Assembly: GCA_905201285.1 (NCBI GenBank)
Contig: CAJKNM010000001.1
Coordinates: 4,042-68,041, forward strand
Direction: 5' to 3'
Origin: an uncultured Eubacteriales bacterium
GTDB taxonomy: Bacteria; Bacillota; Clostridia; Monoglobales; Monoglobaceae
DNA length: 64,000 nucleotides
Shown piece after piece: positions 45,689 through 55,447 of this stretch (position 1 is the first letter of the stretch; each line of letters begins with the position of its first letter). Under the pieces are notes generated by a model. That model made no database searches. It had not been told where the DNA came from and worked only from the letters and a program-made list of their open reading frames with translations. Position numbers and translations under genes: made by a program.

Positions 45689-47470
45689 TTATTCGGCAGA
45701 GCCGAGCTGGCTGTTATAAAGCTCGGCATAGAATCCGTTAAGCTTCATCAGCTCGCTGTGTGAACCTTGTTCTATAATATGCCCGTCACGCATTACGAGT
45801 ATTACGTCTGCGTTACAGATTGTGGAGAGCCGATGCGCGACGATAAAGCTTGTCCTGCCGCGCATCATTTCTTCAAACGCCTTTTGAATACGAATTTCGG
45901 TTCGGGTATCAATAGAGCTTGTCGCCTCGTCGAGAATCAGCATAGGCGGAAGAGAAAGCATGACGCGGGCAATGCACAGAAGCTGTTTTTGTCCTTGTGA
46001 GATATTCTCTCCGTTTTCTGAGATAACCGTATCATATCCGTCGGGCAGACGCTTTATAAAGCTGTGAGCGTGCGCCGCCTTTGCCGCGGCAATAATTTCT
46101 TCGTCTGTCGCATCGGGTTTTGAATAAGCGATGTTATTTCGTATTGTGTCGGACTTCAGCCATGTGTCCTGAAGAACCATGCCGAAGTTTCCGCGGAGGC
46201 TGTCACGTGTTATATCTCTTATATCGGTGCCGCTGACCTTTATGCTTCCGCCGGTCACGTCATAGAACCTCATCAGAAGGTTAATAAATGTGGTCTTTCC
46301 ACAGCCGGTCGGCCCGACAATCGCTATTCTCTGACCCGGATGTACATTTAAGTTAAAGCCCTCAATCAGCGGAACATCGGGAAGATACGAAAAACTGACA
46401 TCCTCGATGTCCACACTTCCGTCAGCGTTATTTAAAACGCGTGCGTCCGGCTTGTCGGGGAGCTGAGAGGGTTCTTCTATCAGGTCAAACAGGTGCTTTG
46501 CGGAAGCAAACGCATTTTGAAGCTCGGTTACCACGCCCGAGATTTCGTTAAACGGTTTGGTGTATTGGTTCGCGTATGTCAGGAAGCAGGTAAGCTCGCC
46601 GACGGTTAGGGCAAGACCCGCACCGAAGCTTCCGAGAACGGCGAAGGCGCCGGCAACGCCGACCGTTGCATATACCAGATTATTAACAAATCTTGTTGAG
46701 GGGTTTGTGAGTGATGAGAAAAATACTGCCCTCATTCCGACGTGCTGAAGCCTTCCGTTTATACCGTCAAACCGGCGTTGTGCTTCATTCTCATAGCCAA
46801 AGGCACGAACAGGCTTTTGGTTTCCTATAATTTCTTCGGTGAGAGAGGTGATTTGACTTCTTATTTCGGTCTGCTGTCTGAAAAGCTCATACGTGTGGCT
46901 TGAAACAAATCTTGCAACAAAGAATGACAGCGGAGACATAACCACTACTGCCGCCGTTATTATCGGGTTGATTTTGAACATAAATATGAGTGTTCCTAAA
47001 ATGGTGGCAACGCCGGTGAAGAATTGTGAAAAACCCAGGATAAGTCCGTCGGACAACTGGTCGGCATCGGTGGTTATACGGCTGATTATGTCACCATAGC
47101 CAACCGAATCGATGAATTTGAGCGGAAGTTTCTGCATTTTTGAAAACGCCTTATAACGTACGTCGTTTACGACACCATAGGCAATCCGGTTATTGAAAAT
47201 ACCCATAAGCCACTGTGCGGCGGCGGTCAGAACCGTCACGATTCCGAGACGTATAAGTATAGGAAGAAGTGCGTCAAAATCAACCCTTCCGCGGCCGACA
47301 ATCAAATCGACACCGTTACCGATTACTATAGGCGCATAAAGGGTGAGCGCCACGCTTACCGCCGCAAATATAAGTGACATAATAAATGAATATTTATAGG
47401 TGCTTATCAGCTTTAAAACTTTAATAAGCGTATTTTTTTCGATGGAGCTTGTTTTCGGTTTTTTACTCAT
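45689..47470 (-). CDS. ABC transporter permease/ATP-binding protein
   Basis: Start trimmed to MSKKPKTS (ATGA overlap with the upstream gene). GPTGCGKTT, ISQGQKQL, MLILDEATSSID. Confidence 0.9.
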   Translation of the reverse strand: MSKKPKTSSIEKNTLIKVLKLISTYKYSFIMSLIFAAVSVALTLYAPIVIGNGVDLIVGRGRVDFDALLPILIRLGIVTVLTAAAQWLMGIFNNRIAYGVVNDVRYKAFSKMQKLPLKFIDSVGYGDIISRITTDADQLSDGLILGFSQFFTGVATILGTLIFMFKINPIITAAVVVMSPLSFFVARFVSSHTYELFRQQTEIRSQITSLTEEIIGNQKPVRAFGYENEAQRRFDGINGRLQHVGMRAVFFSSLTNPSTRFVNNLVYATVGVAGAFAVLGSFGAGLALTVGELTCFLTYANQYTKPFNEISGVVTELQNAFASAKHLFDLIEEPSQLPDKPDARVLNNADGSVDIEDVSFSYLPDVPLIEGFNLNVHPGQRIAIVGPTGCGKTTFINLLMRFYDVTGGSIKVSGTDIRDITRDSLRGNFGMVLQDTWLKSDTIRNNIAYSKPDATDEEIIAAAKAAHAHSFIKRLPDGYDTVISENGENISQGQKQLLCIARVMLSLPPMLILDEATSSIDTRTEIRIQKAFEEMMRGRTSFIVAHRLSTICNADVILVMRDGHIIEQGSHSELMKLNGFYAELYNSQLGSAE

Positions 47471-49218
47471 TTCGATATCCTTTCTGCGGCTGTGCCGGCC
47501 AACTCCTCGGGAATCTGTGTTGCACATATCTCGCGGTATATTTCGCAACTTTCAAGAAGCTCTTTATGCATGCCCATTCCTACGGCTGAGCCGTCATCCA
47601 GAACAAGAATCAAATCTGCATCGCGGATGGTTGAAATTCTCTGTGATACGATTACCTGTGTCATATTGGGATTAGCCTTTGAAAGAGCGCGGCGAAGCCT
47701 TGCTTCGGTCATAAGGTCAAGGGCGGATGAGCTGTCATCGAGTATCAGAATCTCGGGGTCTGAAACCAGCGCCCTTGCAATCGTAAGCCTTTGACGCTGT
47801 CCGCCGGAAAAATTCTTGCCTTCCTGAGAAACAGAGGTGTCAAGACCGTCTTTTTCAAAGATAAAGTCATACGCCTGGGCGGTTTTAAGGGCGTTGATTA
47901 TTTCGTTATCATCCGCGTTTTCATTGCGCCAGCGCATATTTTCACGGATTGTTCCCGTTAGGAGTGATGCCTTTTGAGGAACATATCCGATTTTTCCGCG
48001 GAGCTGTTTGAAGCTCATATTTCTGACATCCGTGCCGTCAATTTTGACACTTCCCGAGGTGGCATCATAAAATCTCGGTATCAGGTTGACAAGCGTACTC
48101 TTGCCTGAACCTGTTCCGCCTATTATGCCTATATTTTGACCGCGTTTTAGCTTAAAGCTGATGCCGGACAGCGCATCCTCTTTAGAACCCGAATATTCAA
48201 AGCTGACATTGTCAAATTCCAGTACGGTGTCGCTGCTGTCTGCGACGGCCGCGTCTGCGGCATCGTCGGTCATATCGGGCTGAAGCTCTAATACCTCGGC
48301 AATACGCGTTCCCGATGCCATTGCTTTGGTCAGCGTAACTATGAGCTGGGCAAGCACAAGCATGGCAACAAGAATCTGGGTGAGATAGTTCACCATCGCG
48401 ACAACCTCGCCCTGCTGCATACCGCCTATGTTTACGCGGATTCCGCCGACCCAGAGCACAGCGATAACGGCGAGGTTTACAACTATATAAGTCAGCGGGT
48501 TCATCAATGCCGATATGCTTCCGACCTTCTCGTTTATGCTCATAAGCTCGGCGTTTGCGTCAGAGAAGCTTTCTATTTCGGCACCTTGACGCGAGAAGGC
48601 TCTGATTACACGGACCCCGGTCAGGTTTTCGCGGGTGATTTGAGATACCCGGTCAAGACTTGTTTGAGCCTTTTTATAAAAGGGAACGGAAATATGCATC
48701 AGAATATAGATTAAAAGCCCCATAACGGGAACGGCAACCAAAAATACAACAGCCACCCTTGCGTCAAGCATAAGCGCCGCCGCCATTGCGCCGATAACGA
48801 TAAAGGGCGAACGCAAAAACAAACGAAGAAACATATTAACACCCGATTCGGCGCGGTTGATGTCGCCTGTGATTCTTGTGATAAGCGAGGATGTGCCGAA
48901 TTTGTCAAGCTGTGACATAGACAGCGAGTTAATTTTTTTGAACATATCTCGGCGGACCGCCGTTCCGAAGCCGTAGGCGGCCCTTGCCGCAAAGAACTGC
49001 GCCGTAAGGGCGCTGCAAAGGCCTAAAATTCCCATAAGAACAAGAACGCCGCACATTTTAAGAATATATTCTCTGTCAGAGCCGGCAATACCGGTATCGA
49101 TTATGTGTGCCATAATGACGGGAACGGTCAGCTCAAAACAGGCTTCCAAAAATTTAAACAGCGGAGCCATTATACATTCCTTTATATATCCTCTGAGGTA
49201 TTTTATCAATTTAAACAT
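47467..49218 (-). CDS. ABC transporter permease/ATP-binding protein
   Basis: Start trimmed to MFKLIKYLRGY. GGTGSGKST, FSGGQRQR, ILILDDSSSALD. Heterodimer partner of the downstream gene. Confidence 0.9.
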   Translation of the reverse strand: MFKLIKYLRGYIKECIMAPLFKFLEACFELTVPVIMAHIIDTGIAGSDREYILKMCGVLVLMGILGLCSALTAQFFAARAAYGFGTAVRRDMFKKINSLSMSQLDKFGTSSLITRITGDINRAESGVNMFLRLFLRSPFIVIGAMAAALMLDARVAVVFLVAVPVMGLLIYILMHISVPFYKKAQTSLDRVSQITRENLTGVRVIRAFSRQGAEIESFSDANAELMSINEKVGSISALMNPLTYIVVNLAVIAVLWVGGIRVNIGGMQQGEVVAMVNYLTQILVAMLVLAQLIVTLTKAMASGTRIAEVLELQPDMTDDAADAAVADSSDTVLEFDNVSFEYSGSKEDALSGISFKLKRGQNIGIIGGTGSGKSTLVNLIPRFYDATSGSVKIDGTDVRNMSFKQLRGKIGYVPQKASLLTGTIRENMRWRNENADDNEIINALKTAQAYDFIFEKDGLDTSVSQEGKNFSGGQRQRLTIARALVSDPEILILDDSSSALDLMTEARLRRALSKANPNMTQVIVSQRISTIRDADLILVLDDGSAVGMGMHKELLESCEIYREICATQIPEELAGTAAERISK

Positions 49219-49523
49219 AATGTAAAAAATCTCCGTTCCGCCGCAGAGCGGCAAGATTCTCTGTTGATTGTACTATTTGATTATAAAAATTATTAGGACA
49301 ATTTATATTATTTTATCATATTTTTCGGAAAATAACAACAATTTAAACAATAATTATTATACATAAATTCCGGCCTTGCGGCGGGACAGGTGTGTAAAAT
49401 TTGCCAACGACACTAAATGACACTTTGTTTTGTGTAAGAATATGAATGTGAGCGGCGGAGATGTGTAAATTAACCTGCTCCGGCCGCTTAATTTAGAAAA
49501 TTTTATGAAGGGAGTGGCATATA

Positions 49524-50426
49524 ATGCCGAATTTTACTACACCGATTCCGCCGAAGCTGACGGGAAACTCAGCGGAGGATATCGGTAAAATCAAACAGTG
49601 GGGAACAGCACTTGTGGACGAGCTGACCTATTTGTTTAATAATCTGGACAGCGGAAATGTAACGGAGGCAGCCTCGGTTAAGGCAGAGAATATTGACGCC
49701 ACCAACGCGCGGATAAGCAATGCGCAGATAGGGAAGCTTTCGGCCGATAAGTTAAAGGCAGGAAGCATAGATACGGGGGTTGTTAATGTAAGGGATAAGA
49801 ACGGAAGGCTGAGTATTAGCGGTTCAAGCATAGTGATAAGCGACGGAAGCCGAAAAAGGTTTGTTGCTGAATATGATAAACAAAGCAATGCTTTCAGGTT
49901 TGTTCTTTATAATAAGGACGGCGACCCGACAGTCGGAATAGGAAGCAGCGGAGATGCGGTTTTCAACGGTACGGTAGAGAGCAGTACGATATATGCGTCT
50001 ACAATCATAGGAACGGACAGTGCGTCATATCAGAATGAAAACGGCGGAGTTTTTGCGAATATAAACCAAACGGGAATTAAGATAATGCAGGACAAAAACG
50101 GACGGCAGCAGAAGCTGGGAATGACGGTCGCAAACGACGGAACAGCGTATCTGATTCTGGGAGCGGGTGACGGAAACGGTAAGATGACCTTTAACGGAGT
50201 GACATATACCAACGGGTCGTTTGTGGTTGAAAAATGTGATAAGTATACAAGTATGGGCATAATCGGCGGAAAGCCGTTTATAACCTTTTGGGACGAAAGC
50301 GGGGATTTATGGCTGAACGGAAACAAGGTTTATATGAACGGCACAGATGTGAATCTTAAGCTTTCAAATATTGAAAGTGAAATTAAAAGTATTAAAAGCC
50401 GCATAAGTGCGCTTGAGAGCAAGTAA
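49524..50426 (+). CDS. Phage tail-fibre/receptor-binding-like protein
   Basis: 300 aa. N-terminus MPNFTTPIPPKLTGNSAEDIGKIKQWGTALVDELTYLFNNLDSGNV typical of siphophage Gp58-like fibre proteins as I recall them. C-terminal coiled coil LKLSNIESEIKSIKSRISALESK. Own terminator hairpin at 50438-50468. Confidence 0.55.
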   Translation: MPNFTTPIPPKLTGNSAEDIGKIKQWGTALVDELTYLFNNLDSGNVTEAASVKAENIDATNARISNAQIGKLSADKLKAGSIDTGVVNVRDKNGRLSISGSSIVISDGSRKRFVAEYDKQSNAFRFVLYNKDGDPTVGIGSSGDAVFNGTVESSTIYASTIIGTDSASYQNENGGVFANINQTGIKIMQDKNGRQQKLGMTVANDGTAYLILGAGDGNGKMTFNGVTYTNGSFVVEKCDKYTSMGIIGGKPFITFWDESGDLWLNGNKVYMNGTDVNLKLSNIESEIKSIKSRISALESK

Positions 50427-50567
50427 AAAAAGCTTATGCGTTTCCGAAAAAAGTCGGGAAACGCATGGACGCAATAACCTCTTATCATTTCTTACCCTGC
50501 GGATAAGAGAGTTTTATTACTATATTATATATTATGCCGATGCAGGGCGGCGGATAAGGAGATTATT

Positions 50568-52196
50568 ATGAATGAATCATATAACGGAAAAATAAAGCAG
50601 GAGTTTTTTTCAAAGGTAGTAGAGTCTTTTAATATGTATAAGGAACATAAAAAGGCGCTTGACAGACGTATAATCGAGAATAATCGGTGGTTTAAGGCGA
50701 GGTATAACAACAATAAAATTGAGATTGACGAGCCGGTGACACCGTATCTGTTTAATATTATTGCGAACAAGCACGCCGATGCGATGGATAATTATCCTGA
50801 ACCGAATGTTCTTGAAAGAGAGGAAAGCGACCGCGAGACAGCCGAGATGTTTACAAAAATCCTGCCGCTTCAGCTTGACCTGTGCGGATTTAAAAGAACA
50901 TACAGCCGTGCGTGGTGGTACAAACTCAAAAACGGAGCTTCGTGCTATGGGGTATTTTATAACCCGACCTTGTGCGGAAGTATGGGCGAGATTGACATTA
51001 AAAAAATTGATTTGCTGAATATCTTTTGGGAACCGGGAGTGACTGATATTCAAGACAGCAAGTTTTTGTTCATAACGGCTCTGTGCGATAATGATGCATT
51101 AAAGGCGAAGTATCCGCAGTACGCGGACCGTTTCAGCGGCTCTGCTGCCCTGGACACAAGAACATATGACGATATGGAAAGCGGAACAAACACAGATATA
51201 TTAAAGGATAAAAGTCTTGTGGTGGATTGTTACTATAAAAAACAGCGCGGAGATACGCATACGGTAGAGCTTATAAAGTTTTTTGACGATACGATTCTCG
51301 ATGCATCGGAGGATCGCGGCGACTGTGGATTGTATGATCACGGTATGTATCCGTTTGTTTTTGACGTGCTGTATCCCGATGAGGACAGTCCTGTAGGGTT
51401 CGGAATGGTTGACATAATTAAAAATCCGCAGATGTATATAGACAAACTTGATGCGATTATAAGCAAAAATGCAATGATTTCGGGAAAGACAAGATTTATG
51501 ATAAAAGACAACGGGGGACTTAATGAATATGAGCTGACGGATTTGTCAAAGGATATAATTCATTCGGCGGGTTCGGTCGGTGATGACAACATTCGTGAAC
51601 TTCAGGCAAAGCCGCTTCATCCGTTTATTATTCAGCACCGTTCAAACAAGATAAATGAGATAAAAGAAGTATCGGGAAATCTCGATTTTCAACAGGGAGA
51701 CGTAACCGGCGGCGTAACGGCGTATTCTGCCATTGTTGCCCTTCAGCAGGCAGGCGAAAAGCTGTCACGCGATATGATAGGCGAGGGATATGAGGCATAC
51801 AAGAGAATTATCTATTTCTGTATTGAGCTTATTCGTCAATTTTATGATGAGCCGCGTTCATATCGTATAGCAGGCGATGACGGCGGATGCGAGTATGTTA
51901 CCTTTTCAAACGAGAGCCTGAGGGGAGCAGGAACGCGGCTTCCTGCTGAATTTGATATTGCGGTCAGTGCGGAAAAAAATAATCCGTACAGCAGAGTGGC
52001 ACAAAATCAAACGCTTACGGATTTATGGAAGATGGGTCTTTTCCATAGGGACACAATACGCGAATCAATCCTTATGCTTGAATGTATGCATTTAGACGGA
52101 AAAGAAAAACTGATTGAAGGACTTCGTAAAATCGCATCAGAGCAAGACCCTGCCGATAACGGCAAGGCTGTCGCGGAAGGAAATCCTGAGCGATGA
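50568..52196 (+). CDS. Phage portal protein
   Basis: 542 aa. Size and acidic C-terminus fit a portal and it sits in a phage-gene context. The family assignment is from general resemblance only. Confidence 0.6.
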   Translation: MNESYNGKIKQEFFSKVVESFNMYKEHKKALDRRIIENNRWFKARYNNNKIEIDEPVTPYLFNIIANKHADAMDNYPEPNVLEREESDRETAEMFTKILPLQLDLCGFKRTYSRAWWYKLKNGASCYGVFYNPTLCGSMGEIDIKKIDLLNIFWEPGVTDIQDSKFLFITALCDNDALKAKYPQYADRFSGSAALDTRTYDDMESGTNTDILKDKSLVVDCYYKKQRGDTHTVELIKFFDDTILDASEDRGDCGLYDHGMYPFVFDVLYPDEDSPVGFGMVDIIKNPQMYIDKLDAIISKNAMISGKTRFMIKDNGGLNEYELTDLSKDIIHSAGSVGDDNIRELQAKPLHPFIIQHRSNKINEIKEVSGNLDFQQGDVTGGVTAYSAIVALQQAGEKLSRDMIGEGYEAYKRIIYFCIELIRQFYDEPRSYRIAGDDGGCEYVTFSNESLRGAGTRLPAEFDIAVSAEKNNPYSRVAQNQTLTDLWKMGLFHRDTIRESILMLECMHLDGKEKLIEGLRKIASEQDPADNGKAVAEGNPER

Positions 52197-52835
52197 ATAG
52201 TCCGTGTTTACGGCCGTCAGAAGAATATCGTCACCGCGATAGTCAAGGCGGCGGCAATATATCGTGCCGTTCAGAATAAACAGGCCGATTTCGTCTCCTG
52301 AAAGCTGAGGAGTGTATTTGATAAATTTAATCTCGCCCTTGCAGAGCACAGGCTCCATACTGGTATCGGTGATACATACGGCGGCATCGGCGTTATCGGG
52401 GGCATCAAGTTCGATTTCAAAACAGTCTGAGGTGCAAAAGAGACGGTCGGATGCCATCGGTGACAGATGTGTATAAACGGGAAGCCTGCGCCGCGATGAA
52501 CCTTGACGAAGACGCATTGCGTCATATTCATAGTTAAGACAGTTATATACCGCGGCGCGCCCGGCGTCATCAAGACCGGTTAACTTGCTGATTGCACAGA
52601 GGTCAAGAACGCGATGTCTTTTGAGACTGTCGGACGCAAAGTATTCAGAGATATTGTCTATTCCGTATTTTGCACAGATACGCAAAAAGACATCAATAGA
52701 CGGCTCTGACTTGCCGGTTTCCCACGAGCTGAAAGTGGATTGGCTTACACCGAGCCAATTATATACGTCACGCTGTGACAATCCGGCGTCTTTGCGTGCT
52801 TGCTGAAGCTTCTGACATATGTTTTTGTTTGCCAT
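52137..52835 (-). CDS. Phage CI/LexA-like repressor (XRE HTH plus S24 peptidase-like domain)
   Basis: 232 aa. HTH LQQARKDAGLSQRDVYNWLGVSQSTFSSWETGKSEP. C-terminal TDTSMEP...GDEIGLFILNGTIYCRRL resembles the S24 Ser/Lys dyad region. Its 3' end overlaps the portal 3' end by 60 nt. Confidence 0.8.
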   Translation of the reverse strand: MANKNICQKLQQARKDAGLSQRDVYNWLGVSQSTFSSWETGKSEPSIDVFLRICAKYGIDNISEYFASDSLKRHRVLDLCAISKLTGLDDAGRAAVYNCLNYEYDAMRLRQGSSRRRLPVYTHLSPMASDRLFCTSDCFEIELDAPDNADAAVCITDTSMEPVLCKGEIKFIKYTPQLSGDEIGLFILNGTIYCRRLDYRGDDILLTAVNTDYSSLRISFRDSLAVIGRVLL

Positions 52836-52959
52836 AATTTATTTACTCCGTTTCGCCGTGTGAAGTCGGTATTGTAGGACTAATCTTGTTGTAAGAAAAA
52901 GGAAAGCCCGTATATGAATTTTAACCAAATAAGAATAATGGCCCTAATAACCGCTATTA

Positions 52960-53075
52960 TATAATATCATATTTATAGATATTTGTCAACATAATATGAT
53001 ATTTTTTGATAAAGTTTTATTGACTATCGCATAATTCGATATATAATATTAAGTATAACCGATATTTCGATATTA
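52960..53075. promoter_or_regulatory. Phage immunity-type control region with repeated operator-like sites
   Basis: Two 11-bp palindromes AATATCATATT (52963) and AATATGATATT (52993). Promoter TTGACT-16 nt-TATAAT (53020-53047). Three CGATAT hexamers (53036, 53060, 53068). Confidence 0.45.
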
Positions 53076-53114
53076 TTGTCAGGAAAATACCAAAAGGAAA
53101 GGAGATGATACGAT

Positions 53115-53312
53115 ATGACACATCCCGACATAGTTACAGCAGAGATATTCGGTGGTTATCCATCGCGGGACATAGAAGAACGTTTGGGAGAGTGCATATA
53201 CTGTGAACAGCCTGTTTATGATAACGGCGAGGCAGTACAGAGCACTGACGGATTGTTCTGCAATATGGATTGTTGCTGTGAATATTATGAAATCACAAAT
53301 ATAAACAGATAA
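53115..53312 (+). CDS. Small Cys-rich hypothetical phage protein
   Basis: 65 aa. CIYC...CNMDCCC. AAGGAGA RBS. Confidence 0.4.
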   Translation: MTHPDIVTAEIFGGYPSRDIEERLGECIYCEQPVYDNGEAVQSTDGLFCNMDCCCEYYEITNINR

Positions 53313-53328
53313 AACTCAAACAGAAAGG

Positions 53329-53721
53329 ATGTTTAAAATGACGTTAAATAATGTAAAGGAAGTAAAGGAATGGCTTAGAAATATTCCGCTTGTTAAGGCG
53401 GAACTGACTTTAAAGATAAAGTTTTATCAAGAGCTTGAAAATGAATTCAATAAGGCAGAGGATTTTGAAAAATCACTTAGATATTACCGCGGTCAGATAG
53501 AGAGCCTTCAGCATAAGATGGAAACACTTATGGAGGATGTGGACAGGCTTTTCGGAATTTTGGACGAGAACGAAAGGCTTGTTATGGTTGCGAGATACAT
53601 AAATCTGATTCGGTGGGATTATATAGAGTTCCATGTGTTCTACAGCAGAAGGCAGGCAATCAGAGTCCATGACCACGCCCTTTTAAAGCTTGTGGGACAG
53701 GCGGTAGGTGAACAGGAATGA
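53329..53721 (+). CDS. Phage transcriptional regulator with sigma-70 region-4-like HTH (ArpU/RinA-like role)
   Basis: 130 aa. ERLVMVARYINLIRWDYIEFHVFYSRRQAIRVHDHALLKL. Positioned just upstream of the terminase genes. Confidence 0.5.
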   Translation: MFKMTLNNVKEVKEWLRNIPLVKAELTLKIKFYQELENEFNKAEDFEKSLRYYRGQIESLQHKMETLMEDVDRLFGILDENERLVMVARYINLIRWDYIEFHVFYSRRQAIRVHDHALLKLVGQAVGEQE

Positions 53722-53939
53722 ATGAAGAAAAAGAGCTTATTAACGATAATCGGAATGAAAGCGAAGAACTCGAACCGAAAATTTCGGATAGGGCGTATGA
53801 CAAGCTTGTTCAGCTTATGTCCTGCGAGAATGAAAGAGTTGCTTTAGCGGCGGCCAAAGAGATTATGTCAATCTATGAAAAAGAAGACACGGCCGCGGAC
53901 GGCGATATAAGCTTAGAGGTTACCATTAAGGTTATTTGA
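53718..53939 (+). CDS. Small acidic hypothetical phage protein (possible small-terminase remnant)
   Basis: 73 aa. 4-nt overlap with the upstream gene. No motif recognised. Confidence 0.35.
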   Translation: MNEEKELINDNRNESEELEPKISDRAYDKLVQLMSCENERVALAAAKEIMSIYEKEDTAADGDISLEVTIKVI

Positions 53940-53969
53940 CGGGTGATAATGCACGGGGGGATAATGTAA

Positions 53970-55379
53970 ATGAAGAAATCAAGAAAAGAAAAGCTATACT
54001 TAGAGCTTACAAAGACACAAAAGCAGTTTATGGATGCAGAGGCGGACGAGGTATTGTTCGGCGGAGCCGCGGGTGGCGGAAAGTCATACGGACAGCTCGC
54101 AGATGCTCTGATTTACGCGCTGAAATACCCTAAAAGCCGCCAGCTTATACTCAGAAAGACGTATCCCGAGCTTGAACATTCGCTGATTCTGGTTTCTCTC
54201 GGGTTCTATCCTAGGGCTGTCTGCACTTATAACTCAAGCAGCAGGAAATGGAATTTTTTAAACGGTTCTATAATTGAATTTGGTTATTGTGCAGCCAAAA
54301 CCGATGTGCTTAGGTATCAGGGTGCGGAATATGATGTGGTGAGATTTGATGAGCTTACTCACTTCACCGAGGATCAATATACATACTTAATTTCGAGAGT
54401 GAGGGGTGTAAATCCCTACCCGAAGATGGTTAAATCAAGCACGAACCCCGGCGGAGTAGGACACAACTGGGTTAAACACAGGTTTATAGACGGCTTTGAA
54501 CCGAATAAGGTTCATACGGATAAAGAGACCGGGGCGCGCCGGCTCTTCATACCGTCGTATGTAAATGATAATGTGTTCCTTATGCGTGCCGATGCCGATT
54601 ATATAAACAGGCTTAAACAGCTTCCTGAGAAGGAACGAAAGGCACTTTTGTGCGGCGAATGGGATATATTTGACGGTCAGGTTTTTGCCGAATGGAGGAA
54701 TTCGGCATTGGGGAGAAAGACCCGAAGATGGTCGCACGTGATTGAACCGTTTGAGATTCCTAAGGAGTGGCGGAGGTATCGGGCTTTTGACTTTGGATAT
54801 TCAAAACCCTTTGCCGTGTCTTGGTATGCGGTTGACGGTGACGGAAGGGCGTATAATTATCGTGAGCTTTACGGATGCACGGGTGAGCCGGATGTGGGAA
54901 TCCGCTGGACAGCGCAAAAAATTGCGGATGAGATACGAAAGATAGAGGAAACCGAGGATTCGGGGCTGCACATAACCGGGGTGGCGGACCCCGCCATATG
55001 GAATAACACAGGAACCGAGGATGGAAGTATAGCTGATATGATGGAGAGAAGGGGAGTTTATTTTGAAAAGGGAAACCACAACCGCCTTGCCGGAAAGATG
55101 CAGGTTCATTACCGGCTTGCGTTTGATGAGGAAGGCCTTCCTATGATATATTTTTTTGAAAATTGCAGAAATATTATAAGAACGCTTCCGCAGCTGGGCT
55201 ATGATTCCACCCGGCCGGAGGACGTTGACACCTCTCAGGAGGATCACCTCTATGATGCTTTGAAATATTTTCTGATGATGAATCCCATCGGGATGAGACC
55301 GTGCAGTGAACCGAAAAAGAAAGAATTTAATCCTCTCGACACAGAAGAAATAAGTCTGTATCCGAGATTTATAGTTTGA
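53970..55379 (+). CDS. Phage terminase large subunit
   Basis: 469 aa. Walker A FGGAAGGGKSY, Walker B-like VVRFDELTHF, C-terminal nuclease-type acidic motifs (AFDFGYS, GVADPA, QEDHLYDALKY). Confidence 0.85.
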   Translation: MKKSRKEKLYLELTKTQKQFMDAEADEVLFGGAAGGGKSYGQLADALIYALKYPKSRQLILRKTYPELEHSLILVSLGFYPRAVCTYNSSSRKWNFLNGSIIEFGYCAAKTDVLRYQGAEYDVVRFDELTHFTEDQYTYLISRVRGVNPYPKMVKSSTNPGGVGHNWVKHRFIDGFEPNKVHTDKETGARRLFIPSYVNDNVFLMRADADYINRLKQLPEKERKALLCGEWDIFDGQVFAEWRNSALGRKTRRWSHVIEPFEIPKEWRRYRAFDFGYSKPFAVSWYAVDGDGRAYNYRELYGCTGEPDVGIRWTAQKIADEIRKIEETEDSGLHITGVADPAIWNNTGTEDGSIADMMERRGVYFEKGNHNRLAGKMQVHYRLAFDEEGLPMIYFFENCRNIIRTLPQLGYDSTRPEDVDTSQEDHLYDALKYFLMMNPIGMRPCSEPKKKEFNPLDTEEISLYPRFIV

Positions 55380-55447
55380 GACTTTCGTTTTTGGGTGAGT
55401 ACGTGGTCGCGGAATAAACTAAATGAGAGTGACACATTCTGTCACTC

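Larger units (their letters stand above)
49412..55426. mobile_element. Degraded, rearranged prophage remnant (about 6 kb)
   Basis: Tail-fibre-like, portal, CI-like repressor, small regulators and large terminase, but no integrase, capsid, tail tube or lysis genes. Gene order is not that of a functional phage. The 9-mer ACTAAATGA occurs at both edges (49412-49420, 55418-55426). Boundaries are tentative. Confidence 0.5.
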
